The notes under the pieces were generated by a model. The model was not told the DNA's origin. It saw only the letters and a list, made by a program, of their open reading frames with translations, and ran no database searches. Shown one piece after another: positions 14,209-26,995 of a stretch of DNA of 64,000 bases. Each line of letters starts with the position of its first letter. Position 1 is the first letter of the stretch. Location: NCBI RefSeq assembly GCF_004010195.1, contig NC_057719.1, forward strand, positions 38,620,401 to 38,684,400, given 5' to 3'. The translations under genes were made by a program, and so were the position numbers. This stretch comes from Chiloscyllium plagiosum (taxonomy: Eukaryota).

Positions 14209-14593
14209 TCATATTTTCCACACTATACCCCATCTGCATATTCACCAGTCTTTCATTTCTTCTTGAAATGGTTTTGCATCTTCCTTGCAATACGCATTTC
14301 CACCTCGCTTTGTGTCATCCATAAACTTTGATATGAGACATTTGGTGCCAAATTCAAATCATTGCAATATACTGTGAATTGCTAAAGCCTGCTTACTTCT
14401 ACTCTTTTGCTCCTATCCCATGTGTTTTATCAAAAGCATTCTGAAAATTCAAATATATGAGGTCCACTGACTCCCCAATATCAATTCTGTTAATAAAATC
14501 CTCAAAAACCTTCAAGAGGTTTATCAAACATTACAGAGTCACACTGAAGATGCCAAATGACAATTATTATTCAAGTCTCCATTTATCAATGCA

Positions 14594-14885
14594 GGGGCGG
14601 CACAGTGGCTCAGTGGTTAGCACTGCTGCCTCTCAGTCCCAGGTTCAATTCTAGCCTCGGGTGACTGACTGTGTGGAGTTTGCACATTCTCCCAGTGTCT
14701 GCGTGGGTTTCCTCCGGGTGCTCCAGTTTCCTCCCACAGCCCAAAGATGTGCAAGGCAGGTGAATTGTCCATCATGTTCGGTGCATTAGTCGAAGGGGAA
14801 TGGGTCTGGATGGGTTACTCTTCCGGGGGGGGGGGGGAGCTTGAGCTGAAGGGCCTGTTTCCACACTGTAGAGAATATAATCTAA
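14594..14885 (+). mobile_element. tRNA-derived V-SINE (HE1-like)
   Basis: A box TGGCTCAGTGG (14606-14616), B box GGTTCAATTCT (14642-14652), V-domain TGTGTGGAGTTTGCACATTCTCCC...GGGTTTCCTCCGGGTGCTCC, CR1-like tail GGGCCTGTTTCCACACTGTA. Confidence 0.9.
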
Positions 14886-16329
14886 AAATAATCAAATCCT
14901 TTATGGTAAATGTTAGCATTTTCCCAAATAATATTGCAAGGCTTACATGCCTGTGGCTACCCTGTCTTCTCCATCTCTCTCAAGTAAGAGAGTGACATTT
15001 GCTACTTTCCAAACTATGGAAACCATTTCACAAACCATAGAATTTTGGAAGATTATTATTAATGCATCTACTTTGACATACCAACCTTTCCAACAATCTG
15101 GGATGTGAAACATCAGGTCACAGAATCTTGTCAACCTTCAGTCCAATGAATATCTTTAACACAATCTTCTTAAGACTAATGGTCTTAAATGCCACATTCA
15201 CCCTAGTGCTCGAAGTATGTAAGTTTTTTTCATATTTTCCTAGGTAACTACAAAGAAAATAATTTCATTTCTCTGCCAATTCCCATTACAAATTCACATG
15301 ACTGTCCTTGTCTTCACCAAACATTTCCTTTTTACTTAGCTAATGAAGATTTTACAGTCTCTTTTTACCTTTTTTAGCTAGTTTATGATTCATAATCTCA
15401 CTTTTTTTTCCTTTTCTTTACCTGTTCCTTGGTTTTCCTGTCAAACCTCAGTAATACTACTTCTGGCAACTTCATGAGCCTTTTCTTTCAAATTATTTGC
15501 ATGCCTTAACTTACTTAGTTATGGTTTACTGAGATTTTAAGGTTATAGTGCCTTGTAGGAATACTTGTTTGCTGTAAACTATGTAATGGTTCTTTAAAGA
15601 ATATTATTAAAACTTTTAATGTATTTTTTCATTTGAGCCTTAGGCCTGCTCTACCATTCAATAGGATAGTGACTGATCCAACATTTCTCATGTCCACCTT
15701 CCCGCCCTTTTCCTCGATTCCCCTACTGATCACTAACAGCCAAATTCATCCATCACACGATTTGCGGCTGTTAGGTTTACACAGTCCATATACAGATTGA
15801 TGTCACCAATGGGTATTGTATGAACCATGCTGCATGACTCACTAATCCCGTGATTATAGCTTGATGGCCCATAAATAACTGATATCAATGTTTGCTGTTT
15901 CTTTGCTCCACAAAAACAAAACTTCCACATTTTGTTCTTCCTACACAAGATGTTCACTAATGTATTTCCCTCATCCTTTATTATCAGTGGGGTGTTTTCC
16001 CCACACTTCCTAAATATCAAATAAACTGAGTATTTAAGATCTCTCTCTAGGTTACCCTACAGCCATGCTTCCATGCTGGAAGTTAGACCATACCCATTTA
16101 TCTATATTTGTCTCTTTGAATCACCTACTTTAATGCGAATGATGCATATGTTCAGAGAAAGTGTCCTGAAATTTTGGCTTTCTGGCATTATTCTGCACTT
16201 TAACTCTTTACTCTTTTAAAGATGAATTTAAAAATGAATAAACAGCTCACGATAGGATACTGTAACAAAAACTTAAAGATTTAATGTAAACTAATAAAAG
16301 GTAAACACAAACTTACTAAAATGAAAATA

Positions 16330-16545
16330 TTAACCAAATGCACCCCAGAACCTGCAGCACCCACTAGTCTCTAAAGTCCTCTATTACATCAATGGACATC
16401 ACATTCACCGTCTCAATGGACACCTGACTACAGCTGTAAGCACAAAAGGAGGACAGACAGTCATGCACAATGACCTCGTGCATGGTCCACTGCCTGGATT
16501 TTTAATTGCCACTTTGGCAAGGCCCAGGAGCAAGCCTAAAAGAAG
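16330..16545 (-). mobile_element. Tx1/L1-clade LINE ORF2 C-terminal remnant
   Basis: Reads LLLGLAKVAIK.. then VIVHDCLSSFCAY..SQVSIE...EDFRD*W; homologous to 62370-62440. Confidence 0.6.
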
Positions 16546-16739
16546 CTTAGTTGATGTTCACCTTTATTTCAATTGCCTATTAATTTAACTTGCCACCTTT
16601 ACTTCTTTCCAGTTGTGCTAACCTTCAGGCATCCATCCACATTAAGCTAGTTTCAAACCCTCTAAAAACGGGATTTACAAATCTCCTTATGTTTCCAAAC
16701 AATTAATCCTCCTAACCCCAAACTCACTGTTGCATGAGA

Positions 16740-17040
16740 CTGGGAGCAATTAGTGCTCTAAGATTACTGCTCTTTTCAGGTCCTGCTTTTCAATCTTGGC
16801 CCTAATTCCCTAAAATATGCATTTGTGATTTCATCCCTCTTGCTGCCTAGTTTCATCGTACAACTTGCACTGTTATCTTGAGCTGTTCACTTTCCTGCAA
16901 CCACTCTGATATCCTTAACAGTAGCACCAGGAAGCCAACACACCATCTTGGAATCTTTTTTATTGTCACAAAAATGTCTACTGGATCACCTAAGGAAACC
17001 TCTGTCACTATCGCTCTTCCATTCTTACGCCTCCCCTCCT
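16740..17040 (-). mobile_element. CR1 ORF1 (SGNH esterase-like) remnant
   Basis: GRAIV...GD..D..F....R..C..LPGA-like decayed sequence in ORF 16853-17080; similar to 59420-59760. Confidence 0.55.
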
Positions 17041-17049
17041 CAAGAGATA

Positions 17050-18710
17050 AGACCATAAAAAAGGAGCAGAAGCAGGTCATTCAAGTCATCAGGTGTATTC
17101 CACCGTGGCTGAACTGATATTCCTCTTAACCACCTTATCTGTTTCCTTAATGATAAACTTCAATGCCCTTACTGATTAAAAATCTGTCTTTCTCAGCCTT
17201 GAATATACTAAAGACCCCTGTAGTAAAGAATTCCACAAAATTTATTACCTTCTGAGAAAAGAGAGATTATGCCCTCTGGTCATAGATTGTCCCACAAGGG
17301 AAAAACAAGTATCGCACATCTAAGCTGTCAAGAACCAACTCCCCCCACCCAATGATCTCATACTTTTCAACAGGGCAGCCTCTCATTCTTATAAACTCCA
17401 ACAGGTAGGTCCAATACACTCAACCTATTCTCCTCCTAAGACAGTCACTCCATAGCTGGGATCAGCCTTGTGAAGCATCTCTGGACTGCCTCCCATTCCA
17501 GCATTTTCTTTTAGGTAAGGGGAACGAAACTGCTCACAATATATTGCATCTATGGTCTGATTAAAGCCATGTATTGTTTTGGCAAGATTTGTTTTACCCT
17601 ATTTCCTTTGAAATAAAGGCCAACATTCCATTTGCCTTCTCCATTACTGCTCAGCCCGGATGCTCATTCTGTGATTAACACAAGAGGACTCAAATGCCTC
17701 TGTGCTTTCTGCAGTCTTCATTTAAATAATATTCATCTCCTCTATTCTTCAAGCCAAGGAACATAACCTCATATTTTAAACACATTATATTTCATCTCTC
17801 AAGTTTTTGCCCATTTGCTGAACCTGCCTGTTATCCTCTGTAGACTGTGTTATCCTCACATACTTCTTTTTGTCATCTGCAAACTTCGCTACAGCACATT
17901 CACTTTCCTCATCCAAGTCATTAATATCATTATGTAAATAACTGTGGTATATCCCTGTGGCACACAACTAGTCACTGACTGCCATCCTGAAAATGCCTCT
18001 TGTATCCCACTTCTGTTAGTCAGTCAATGAAATGCTTTGATTGGTGGTACTTCCAAGAATTCTGTTCAGTTTGTCAAGTACAATTTCCCCTTCAAGAAGC
18101 CATGCTGACTCTACTTGATTACATAAATTATTTCTAAATGCTCTGCTATTAGATCTTTTACAATTCAGTCTAACATTTTTTCCAATAACATATCAAACTA
18201 ACTGGCCTATAGTTATCGGTTTTTGCCTCCTTCCTTTTTTAAACAAAGGTATTACATTGGCAGTTTTCCAACCTTTTGGAACTTTTCCAGAATCTAAAGA
18301 TTCGTGCAAGCTTACTACCAATATATCCATTATCAGTTGTAGCAATTTTTAATATCCTCAGATCGAGACGACTTATCAGTTTTTAGCCCCATTAGTTTCC
18401 CTAGCACTTTTTTCTCGTGATCATTTTCGTATGTATTTCCTTTCCTCCTTTTGCTCCGTGATTATTTAGTAATTTTGGAATGTTAGCAGCATTTTCTATT
18501 GCCAAGGCTAATGCAAAGTATTCATTCAACTCCTCTGCTATTTCCTGGTACCCCATTTGGCCTCTCTCTTCCTTTTTATATATTTGAAGTTCTTACTGTC
18601 TATTTTGATATTACTTGCAAGTTTACCTTCAAAACCTATCTTATCATTTTGCTTCTCTTTTATTGGTTTTTGAAACTTTCCCAATCCTCTGGCTCACCAC
18701 TAACATTTCT
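17050..18710 (-). mobile_element. Old CR1 LINE RT/3' region
   Basis: INDLDEESECAVAKFADD in ORF 17785-17967; decayed 3' end at ~17050. Confidence 0.75.
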
Positions 18711-20861
18711 GACTCAAATAGCAACGAGTGTTATGCATTTGGTGAGACCGAACTGGGTGGGTCCAAAGCAGAAAACCAATCACCATGCAAGATAGATTCT
18801 GGGAACTTCTGCACTGCATGCCTGGTTCTCAAGACTGTCTGGCAACTATCCATTCCATTTCTGCCTATATGTTTCTACCTGCAGTGTTACCGCCTCCCTA
18901 AAATGAGCTATACACGCTGTTCTCAGTCTCATGGATGCACAACACTCACTTTAGCCATCGTTCGACTTCTGAAACCTAGAGCCCAAGCTTCTGCAGCCAG
19001 TGACACATCCTGCACCATGAATTCGCACAACTCACAGGATGTATATTCTGCTGCCAAACTGACCTTCCAAACATTAGCTTTGGAAACTATTACAACTAGA
19101 ATCAATAGAGTAAATTTCTTGTAACCAGCTTCTTACCCTGTAGTAAAGTAACAGCCAATTACTGGAGGGTGCTCCTACCCCTCATCATTGAACGCCCCCA
19201 CTTCCTAAACTCCCATTTACATTCAGCGTACCCAAAGCAGCACTCACTGCAGAAAAACCCAGCACTGAAGATACTGAAAATTTTGATTTTTTTTATGTTG
19301 TAATGTACTTGTTTGGACATGTTGAGATGCAGCTAGTAATTTATATAGTGATTCCAGTGTGGTTCTAAACAGACCTAATAATGATCAGATTTTGTAAAAA
19401 ATAAGACCCCAATAGTGAGACCTTTTGCATAGGAAAAACAAACTTTCAATGTTGGATTTTTTTTAAAAAGGACTTATTACAGAAAATACAGAAAAACAAT
19501 ACACACACCCTTATCCTTGCTTGGACATTTCCCAAAGAGGTGTGGTGGTGCTCGATAGTAAATTATATTTATTGTCAAATGCCAGTAAACTAACTGCGTT
19601 TTTTTTTGCCAATACACACCCAGTTCACAGAAAACTTCCTCAGCAGTTAAGTTTCAAATTAAAGGTCAGTGAAAGTCAAGTTCCTGCTTTGGGCAATGTT
19701 CAGATAGATTATATTTTTCACAAAGCATGTGACTATCACCCAGCCAATCTCAAATCAGTTAGCTGTAGGATGTTTATTGTAAGACAGCTGTTTCTGCTGC
19801 ATTAAATGTGAAACCATATTCCGAGGTCAAGTATAAACTTATCCAAGTTCTAAGCAGATGCTTAACTTTTAATAAAATTAATTATTTTACTGATTTAATG
19901 CAGGAGAGACTCAACCTACACTGAATAGTAGTATCTTATTCACTGAATGAGCACATTCTCAAGCTATCAAGTTAATGTCGTCTTATTTTGGTAATGCACA
20001 GTTAAGACTACAAGTCACCAATGACTAAATTAGATTTAAAATTTATTTCTACTCGTAGAAAACAGAAGGCAAATCACCTGGCTATTGTCAGATTCTGACG
20101 GAGGTGAAAACAATGCCTGACTGATGCCTAGCACAATTACGTTACAGGATAGAAAACATTGTTAAAGAACATTCTTGTCCCCTGAAAAACATGTCAGTAT
20201 GTAAACTATTTAAAAAGTTAATTTGAAATAGTTTAAACCCAATCTGAATTTATCTTATTCTTTTAATACTTTACATAAATAAACTATCCAAAACAAATGA
20301 ATATACCAAACCAATTCTGCAGCAATTTCAAAAGGAAAGGTCAGCTATAACCAATTTTCCAAAGGTTTTGTGAACAAGTCTGTGCAAAGGTAAAAGGGCT
20401 CCAAAGAAGTCTTACTCAACTAGTAAATTTTAATTGATCCTCCCTTCTGCCAGATCTGAACTTTTCCAGCACTTTAATTATGAAAAAAGCCTTCAGACAT
20501 TTCCAGATAAGACCAAGTTCAGAAATATCCTATCCCCCATGAGATATCACCAGCAGGTTCAAAAATGTTTAGAATTGCTCTATAATAAATAAAAGGAGCT
20601 ACAGTATGTCGAGGTTTCCTTTTTGCATAGTAATTCACAATCCATCTTCCCTCCTGAGAATCAATGCTGGTGCCTGAGAGCACCTTGAAAAGGTACATTG
20701 AGTTTGCCAAAAGGCTTCAAAAATTACAAGAACCTCAGTACTGTTAGCAAAAAATAAAGAATTTCTTGCTATTAAACTGGTGCCAGAACTAAAAAGATTT
20801 AAATTTTGATGCAAAAGTGAAGAACAGCAACAATTTTATCAATGTAAAGCTCTTAATTACT

Positions 20862-21745
20862 ATAGGGTCAGAGATGTACAGCATGGAAACAGACCCTTCG
20901 GACAAACAGGTCCATGCCAACCAGATATCCCAACCTAATCTAGTCCCACTCACCTACATCCGTCCCATATCCTTCCAAACCGTTTCTATTCATTTCCCAT
21001 CCAGATGCCTTTTAAGTGTTGCAATTGTACTAGCCTCCACCACTTCCTCTGGCAGCTCATTCCATACATGTACCACCCTCTGTGTGAAAAAATTGCCCCT
21101 TAGGTCTCTTTTCTATCTTTCCCCCCTCAACCTAAACCTATGCCCTCTAGTTCTGGATTCCCTCACCCCAGGGAAAAGACTTCATTTATTTATCCTATCC
21201 GTGTCCCTCAAGATTTTATAAACCTCAATAAGGTCACCCCTCAGTCTCTGATGCTCCAGGGAAAACAGACCCAGCCAATTCAACCTCTCCCTTGAGCTCA
21301 AATCCTCCAACTCTGGCAACATCCTTGTAAAGCTTTTCTGAACCCTTTCAAGTTTCACAACATCCTTCTGATAGGAAGGAGACCAGAATTGCATGTAATA
21401 TTTCAAAAGTGGCCTAGCCAATGTTCTGTACAGCCACAACATACCTCCCAATACTCTGACTAATAAAGGAACGCATACCAAACGCCTTCTTCACTATCCT
21501 GTCTACCTGCGATTCCACTTTCAAGGAGCTGTGAACCTGCACTCCAAGTTCTCTTTGTTCAGCAACACTCCCTTGGACCTTACCATCAAGTGTACAAGTC
21601 CTGCTATGGTTTGCTTTGCCTAATGCAGCACCTCACATTTATCTAAATTAAACTCCATCTGCCACTTCACAGCCCACTGGCTCATCTGATCAAGATCCCG
21701 TTGTAATCTTAGCTGTCCATGACACCTCCAATTTTGGTATCATCC
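20862..21745 (-). mobile_element. CR1 LINE 3' fragment
   Basis: LYRTLARPLLKYYMQFWSP...LRGDLIEVYKI (ORF 21182-21481) plus CR1 3' UTR. Confidence 0.9.
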
Positions 21746-21834
21746 CAATGTCTAGATTATTAAAGAAATTGATGGGGATATTCAGCAGCTCTGGAAAATA
21801 AAGTAGTTTATCAGTCTCAGGTTAGTGGCTGGTC

Positions 21835-21932
21835 AGTTCTGATGTAAAGTTTATAACTGAAATGCTAAATCTGCTGCTCTCTCTACGAATGCTGTTTGAC
21901 CCAAATATTTCCAGCATTTTCTGCTCTTATTC
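21835..21932 (+). mobile_element. Decayed Penelope-like terminal repeat
   Basis: CTGATGT...TGAAATGCT followed by CTCTCTCTACGAATGCTG...TTTCCAGCATTTTCTG. Confidence 0.5.
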
Positions 21933-22857
21933 TAGAATAATAAATTACACAAATCTTGGCACTATTAGATTCTCAAGTCATGGAACAAATAGAGACTCAA
22001 CAAGTACTTAAAAATAGACCAAATTCACTGATGCCTTGGAGATATACTACAAACTATTAGTTTAGATGTTATCATGCAAACCATCTCTGAAATTTAATAA
22101 ACTTCATAGGATGGTTACTCCTAGTACAAAACAATACACATTATGCGCAGCAATAAAGTGTGAAACTTACTAACTACTACAGAGAAATATTATAAATTAA
22201 CAAAATAAAGCCATGACAAGTTTTCTTGACTTTGTTTATTTTTTCAAAATTAATTGCTAAACATAAATGATGACAGTCATTGCATTGCTGCCTTGTGGCA
22301 TTGAATTCACTTCATCACCCTTGTATACAAGCAACTTCAGCAAAACTGACATCAGTGAGGATATTTTTTTAAAATCTAGTTGTCAAGTATCAAGCATCAA
22401 TACAGAAGTTCCTCAGTGATAGTTCCTTGTCACAAGTATCATCAAATTTCCCTCAATCAGAAAGTCAGGCATGCAGCTGTTCACAGTTTAGCTTTTCCAA
22501 TAATAAGCTCCCACCAGTCTACATCAGGGCCTGGGAAACAAGTGACAGGTAGCTACAAAAGCAATGCAAGGCTCCATCCTGGATCTTTAGACCCTCTACA
22601 CAAAGCTTCAAGGCTCAATTCAGCAAAGAAATATTCATCAGTCACCTAGATGGGTGTAGCCACAACACTCAAGAGGCTTGACACAATCTAACATACTGAA
22701 CTCAACATCGACCTTCTGAATCACTGGCTAGAGGATGCAATATAGTGAACTGATCAAGGTTACTCCGAATGCCTCACTCCCCTTCCTAACTTTTACTGTG
22801 AAAGGCATTAGCAATGTTGTGCAAATACTGTCACGTCAATGCTTTCCAAAACCTGCA

Positions 22858-24086
22858 GATGTGGGTATCACTGGCTAAGCCAGCAATTATTGGCCATCCA
22901 TAGTTGCCCAAGAAAGCAATTAAGAATCAACCATGTCTCTGTGGAACTGAAGACATGTGGATAGATCAGAAGGGACAGCAAATTTCCTTCCTTTAAAAAG
23001 GAGCAATTGTGGGTGTTAAATGACAATCGGCAATGGTTACTTGGTGTCCATCAGACTAACTCCTTTTATAGTCAATAAAAAGTTCTGGAATTCAAAAATA
23101 ATTTGGATGCGAACATAGGAGGTATGGTCAGTAACTTTGCAGACAATACCAAAATTGGTGGTGTAATGGACAAAGAAGGTTACGTCAGATTACAATGAGA
23201 TCTTGATCAGATGGACCAATGGGCCAAGAAGTGGTAGATGGAGTTTAATTTAGATAAATGTGAGGTGCTGCATTTTGGAAAAGCAAATCAGAGAAGGACT
23301 TGTACAATTAGTGGTAAGGTCCTGGGGAATGCTGCTGAACAAAGAGACCTTGAAGTGCATGTTCATAGCTCCCTGAAACTGGAGACAGCGCGGTGATGGC
23401 AGCTTTTGGTATGCTTGTTTTTATTGGTCAATGCATTGAGAATAGGAGTTGGGAAATCATGTTGCAGCTATATTTGGTTCAGCCACCCTTGGAATACTAT
23501 GTTCAGTTCAGGTCTCCCTGGTATAGGGAAGGTGTTGTGAAACTTGAAAAGATTCAGAAATTAGGGTTTCAGCTATGGGGAGAAGCTGAATAGGCTGGGG
23601 CTATTTTCCCTAGAGAGTTGATGGCTGAGGGATGACCTTATAGAAGTTTACAAGATCATGAGGGGCATGGACAGAGTGAATAACTAAGGTATTTTCCACA
23701 GGGTAAGGAGTCCAAATCTAGAATGCATAGATTTAGAGTGAGGGAAGAAAGATTTAAAAGGGACTCGAGATGCAACTTTTTCACTCAAAGGGTGTATGGA
23801 TTGAGCTGCCAGAGGAAGTGGTGAGACTAATAGAATTACAACATTTAAAAGGCACCTGAATGGATACATGAATAGGAAGGGTTTAGAGGGAAATTGGCCA
23901 AATGCTGGCAAACAGGACTAGATTAATTTAGGATATCTGGTTGACGTGGACAAGTCAGACCGACTGGCCTGTTTCCATGCCTATACAGCTCCATGACTTC
24001 AAATTTCTCCATGTGCCTTGGAAGGATTTGAATCCAGCCTCGAGCTTTGGCTTGCTAGTCCGTGATATTACCACTATGCCACCACA
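22858..24086 (-). mobile_element. Deu-domain SINE split by a CR1 insertion
   Basis: 22858-23096 is reverse-complement similar to the Deu body at 31509-31830 plus a tail; the tRNA-like head resumes at 23998-24086. Confidence 0.65.
23097..23997 (+). mobile_element. CR1 LINE 3' fragment nested in the SINE
   Basis: FADNTKIGG, KCEVLHFG and QFRSPWY motifs; TTCAAA on both sides (23091-23096, 23998-24003). Confidence 0.88.
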
Positions 24087-24299
24087 GATGTTGACTCTCA
24101 TTGGTAAATACCTTGGAATCCCCTACCTGAAACCATTACAGAAGCACCAGCAAGGCTACAGTAGATTAATTAGATGGTCCATCATCAATATACGCAGTCA
24201 TCCCATTCCTAGAACAATGTTAAACTATAAAATTATCAAAAGAAACAAAACAATTTGACGCATCTTTACCAAGCTCGGTCACAGATGGATGCGCTCATG

Positions 24300-26995
24300 A
24301 CAGTATTAGAGAGAGTGCCCACCGCATAACTCTCGTGGAGACAAAATCCAGTCATCACATGGAAAACAGTCTCCACTGTGTCAAATGTCATCACAGCAGA
24401 TCCAGCTGGTCAAAATTGGACATGTGACCCTGTAGGTAATCAGCAGTAGAACTGTATCCAACTTCAAGGCCCATCATAGCCTTCATTCCACCACTGCCAT
24501 CAAACAATCGGAGCAAACTGATTAATGATGAGTCCAGGAGAGCATAATAGGAGCAACATTAGACATATAAAACTAATGTGCCAACCTGGTGAAGTTCAGT
24601 ACAGATCTATATCCAGGCTAAACATCAAAAGCAACATAGATACAGCTAAACAGTTATTCCGATCACAGGTCAGCAATCTGACTACATTTGATTATGAGTG
24701 ATATAGGGCAATTAAATAACTAATCAAAAGTAGCAGCTCCAGAAAGATCACCATCCTAGATGCTGAGGAAACCTGACAAGTCAGCACAAATAAATAAGGG
24801 GTGAAGCATTTATGACCACCCTCAGCCACAAGCCCTCAGTAAAATGATTCATCTTGGCTTCCATCGGAGATCCCTGAAATTATAGCTAGCAGTCATCATT
24901 AGCAAATTGCTGAAGGCACAGGAAGCTGCAAAATCTAGATCCTTACAATATACTAGTGGCAACACTGATGACTTGCGATCCAGAACTTGTGATAACCAAG
25001 TTACTTCAGCTGCTACAATACTGGAATCTGAGAGATGGTATGGAAATTTACCTATGTATGTCCTGTCCACAAAAAATCCAATGAGTGATAACTGATCTAC
25101 CAGTCTAGTCTGAATCAAATTAATGGAAGTAGTCATCCTGGTCTTAGTAAAAAGTGGTAATCTGCTCATCCAAGTTTAGTCTGTGTTCTAAAAAGACCAT
25201 TCAACTGCTTGGTGTTTTTTTTCAAATAAAATTTGATGTTTCACTTGGAGCTGGTGTACCTGATCACACCCTTGTTCCCGCTGACACAGCACCCTTGGCC
25301 AGCTCCTCAGGCCGCAGCAGACGCACTGGATCTCCCAGGAGCTAATGGCGCTGCATTGGTTGTAATGGGCCAGATGAGAAGCTTCCCCTATGATGTGTTC
25401 AAACATTTTGTTGATAAACAACTTCATGATGTAATTGGAGAAGATGCCAGTATCAGAATAACCTGCTTCATCACTTTAAAGATATTGATGGCACAACTTC
25501 CTCCTTCTCTTGCCACTTATCGTGGCATCCTCTTCACTGTTTTCTAGTACTTTTTTGACAACTTGTCCTTTCGTTGTGTTAACATCTACAGGACAGTTAA
25601 ATTCCAGAGCCAACATTAAAGTCACTGCTCGATATCATGGCAGCATTTGACTGAATAGTGGCATCAAAGTTCACTAGCAAAGTGTAAGTCAACAGGAATA
25701 AGGGAAAACCTCCATAAGACCATAGGAAATAGGAAGATCTGCTTTCTTGCCCTTTCCCCATAACACTGATTTCCCATCAGAACAAGCAATAGAATGCAAC
25801 CTTGCTGCATTCAAGAGTGGAATTTGGCAAAACAGGGAACTAGGTGAAAGATGTGATCAGTCCACCCTTTTTCTTTCATGGATAAGTACTTCTGCTCTTT
25901 AATATAACAGTAATGTCTTCGAGAATTTGGGGCCGATGGTGATCTTAAGGAACTCTTACAGTATAGAGTACTGGAGGTCAGACTGCGTGTAAATCTAGCA
26001 AGGAGCAGCTGAGCAGAGCAACAGGAAAACTTTCAATGGAGCAGTCCAGCATTACTTTCACTCAACACACCACCATGTCATACACAACACAATGGAACAT
26101 TGTTGTAATTACTAGAAACCACTCATTTCAGCTGCAGATCATTAATGCACGAGTTCAAGGTTCTAGGTCCAACCACCTTCAGGTGTTTCAATGTCTCACC
26201 TTCCTCCTTAAGGTCAAAAATGGAGGAGATGTTCATTGATGATGTTCAGGACCTTTGCAACTCTTCAAACACCGAATCAGTCTATGTCCCCATGCAGAGA
26301 GATTCAGACAATATTCAGATTTGCACAATTACATGCCATATACTGCCAATGATTACCTCAGCCAAGAGAGATTCTCAACATCTTCCCTTGACATTCAATG
26401 GCATTATCAGCCATTTATCCTCCATTAATATCCTGAGGATTACTAGTGATCAGAAACTGAACTGGACCAGCTATATAAATACTGTGGTTATGAGGAGGCC
26501 AGAACCTGGGAATTCTGGGACAAGCAACACATCTTGTACCAACTCTTCTAAAGTATTTCCACAATGTACATGTGCAGTGGAAGGCACATATGCCTCGATA
26601 GAGACAGTTCCAATGATATACAAAGCACCTGTTTGATTGACCCATCAAACACCTTAACTGCTAACTGTGTACCATGAACAAGATGCACTGCAACGCTGTG
26701 GCAAGACTCTTTCAACTATACCTTCCAAATCTGCGACCTGTACAATCAAGGAGGACTCTGGCAGTAGATGCATGGGACCACCATCAAGTTCCTTCCAATC
26801 ACACATCATTGTGACTTGAATTGTACACAATATCACTTCACTGAGTTTTGGTCGAAATCCTGAAACTTCATCTCTGACAATACAGTGTACTACATAGGCC
26901 GCATAAATTCAAGAAAGCAACTCATCCTCTCAAAGGCAATCTCGGAAGGATAATAAATGCTGGCCTTGCCAATGATGCTTACACCACAGGAATGA
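24300..26995 (+). mobile_element. Ancient LINE (CR1/L2-type), interrupted by the H2B pseudogene
   Basis: Decayed RT region (QGSRS..., PLTFNGI..INILRITSDQKLNWTSYINTV in ORF 26145-26636); tail AATAAATGCTGGCCTTGCCAATGATGC at ~26952. Confidence 0.65.
25183..25585 (-). pseudogene. Histone H2B pseudogene with degenerate histone 3' stem-loop
   Basis: Minus-strand pieces read [67 protein letters not shown] and VIRYTSSK* (stop 25243-25241), colinear with H2B and frameshifted. GGTCTTTTTAGAACAC at 25198-25183 resembles the histone stem-loop. Confidence 0.92.

Larger units (their letters stand above)
13355..15560 (-). mobile_element. Old CR1 LINE interrupted by a Penelope-like insert and a SINE
   Basis: Decayed CR1 3' end at ~13355 with RT-region similarity continuing to ~15.5 kb (PDCWK, WKVANVTLL motifs in ORF 14943-15134). 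Confidence 0.65.

Noticed and set aside
14594..14660. tRNA gene (also 51590-51657 and 31509-31600)
   Set aside because: A/B boxes continue into SINE bodies and tails; no complete cloverleaf.
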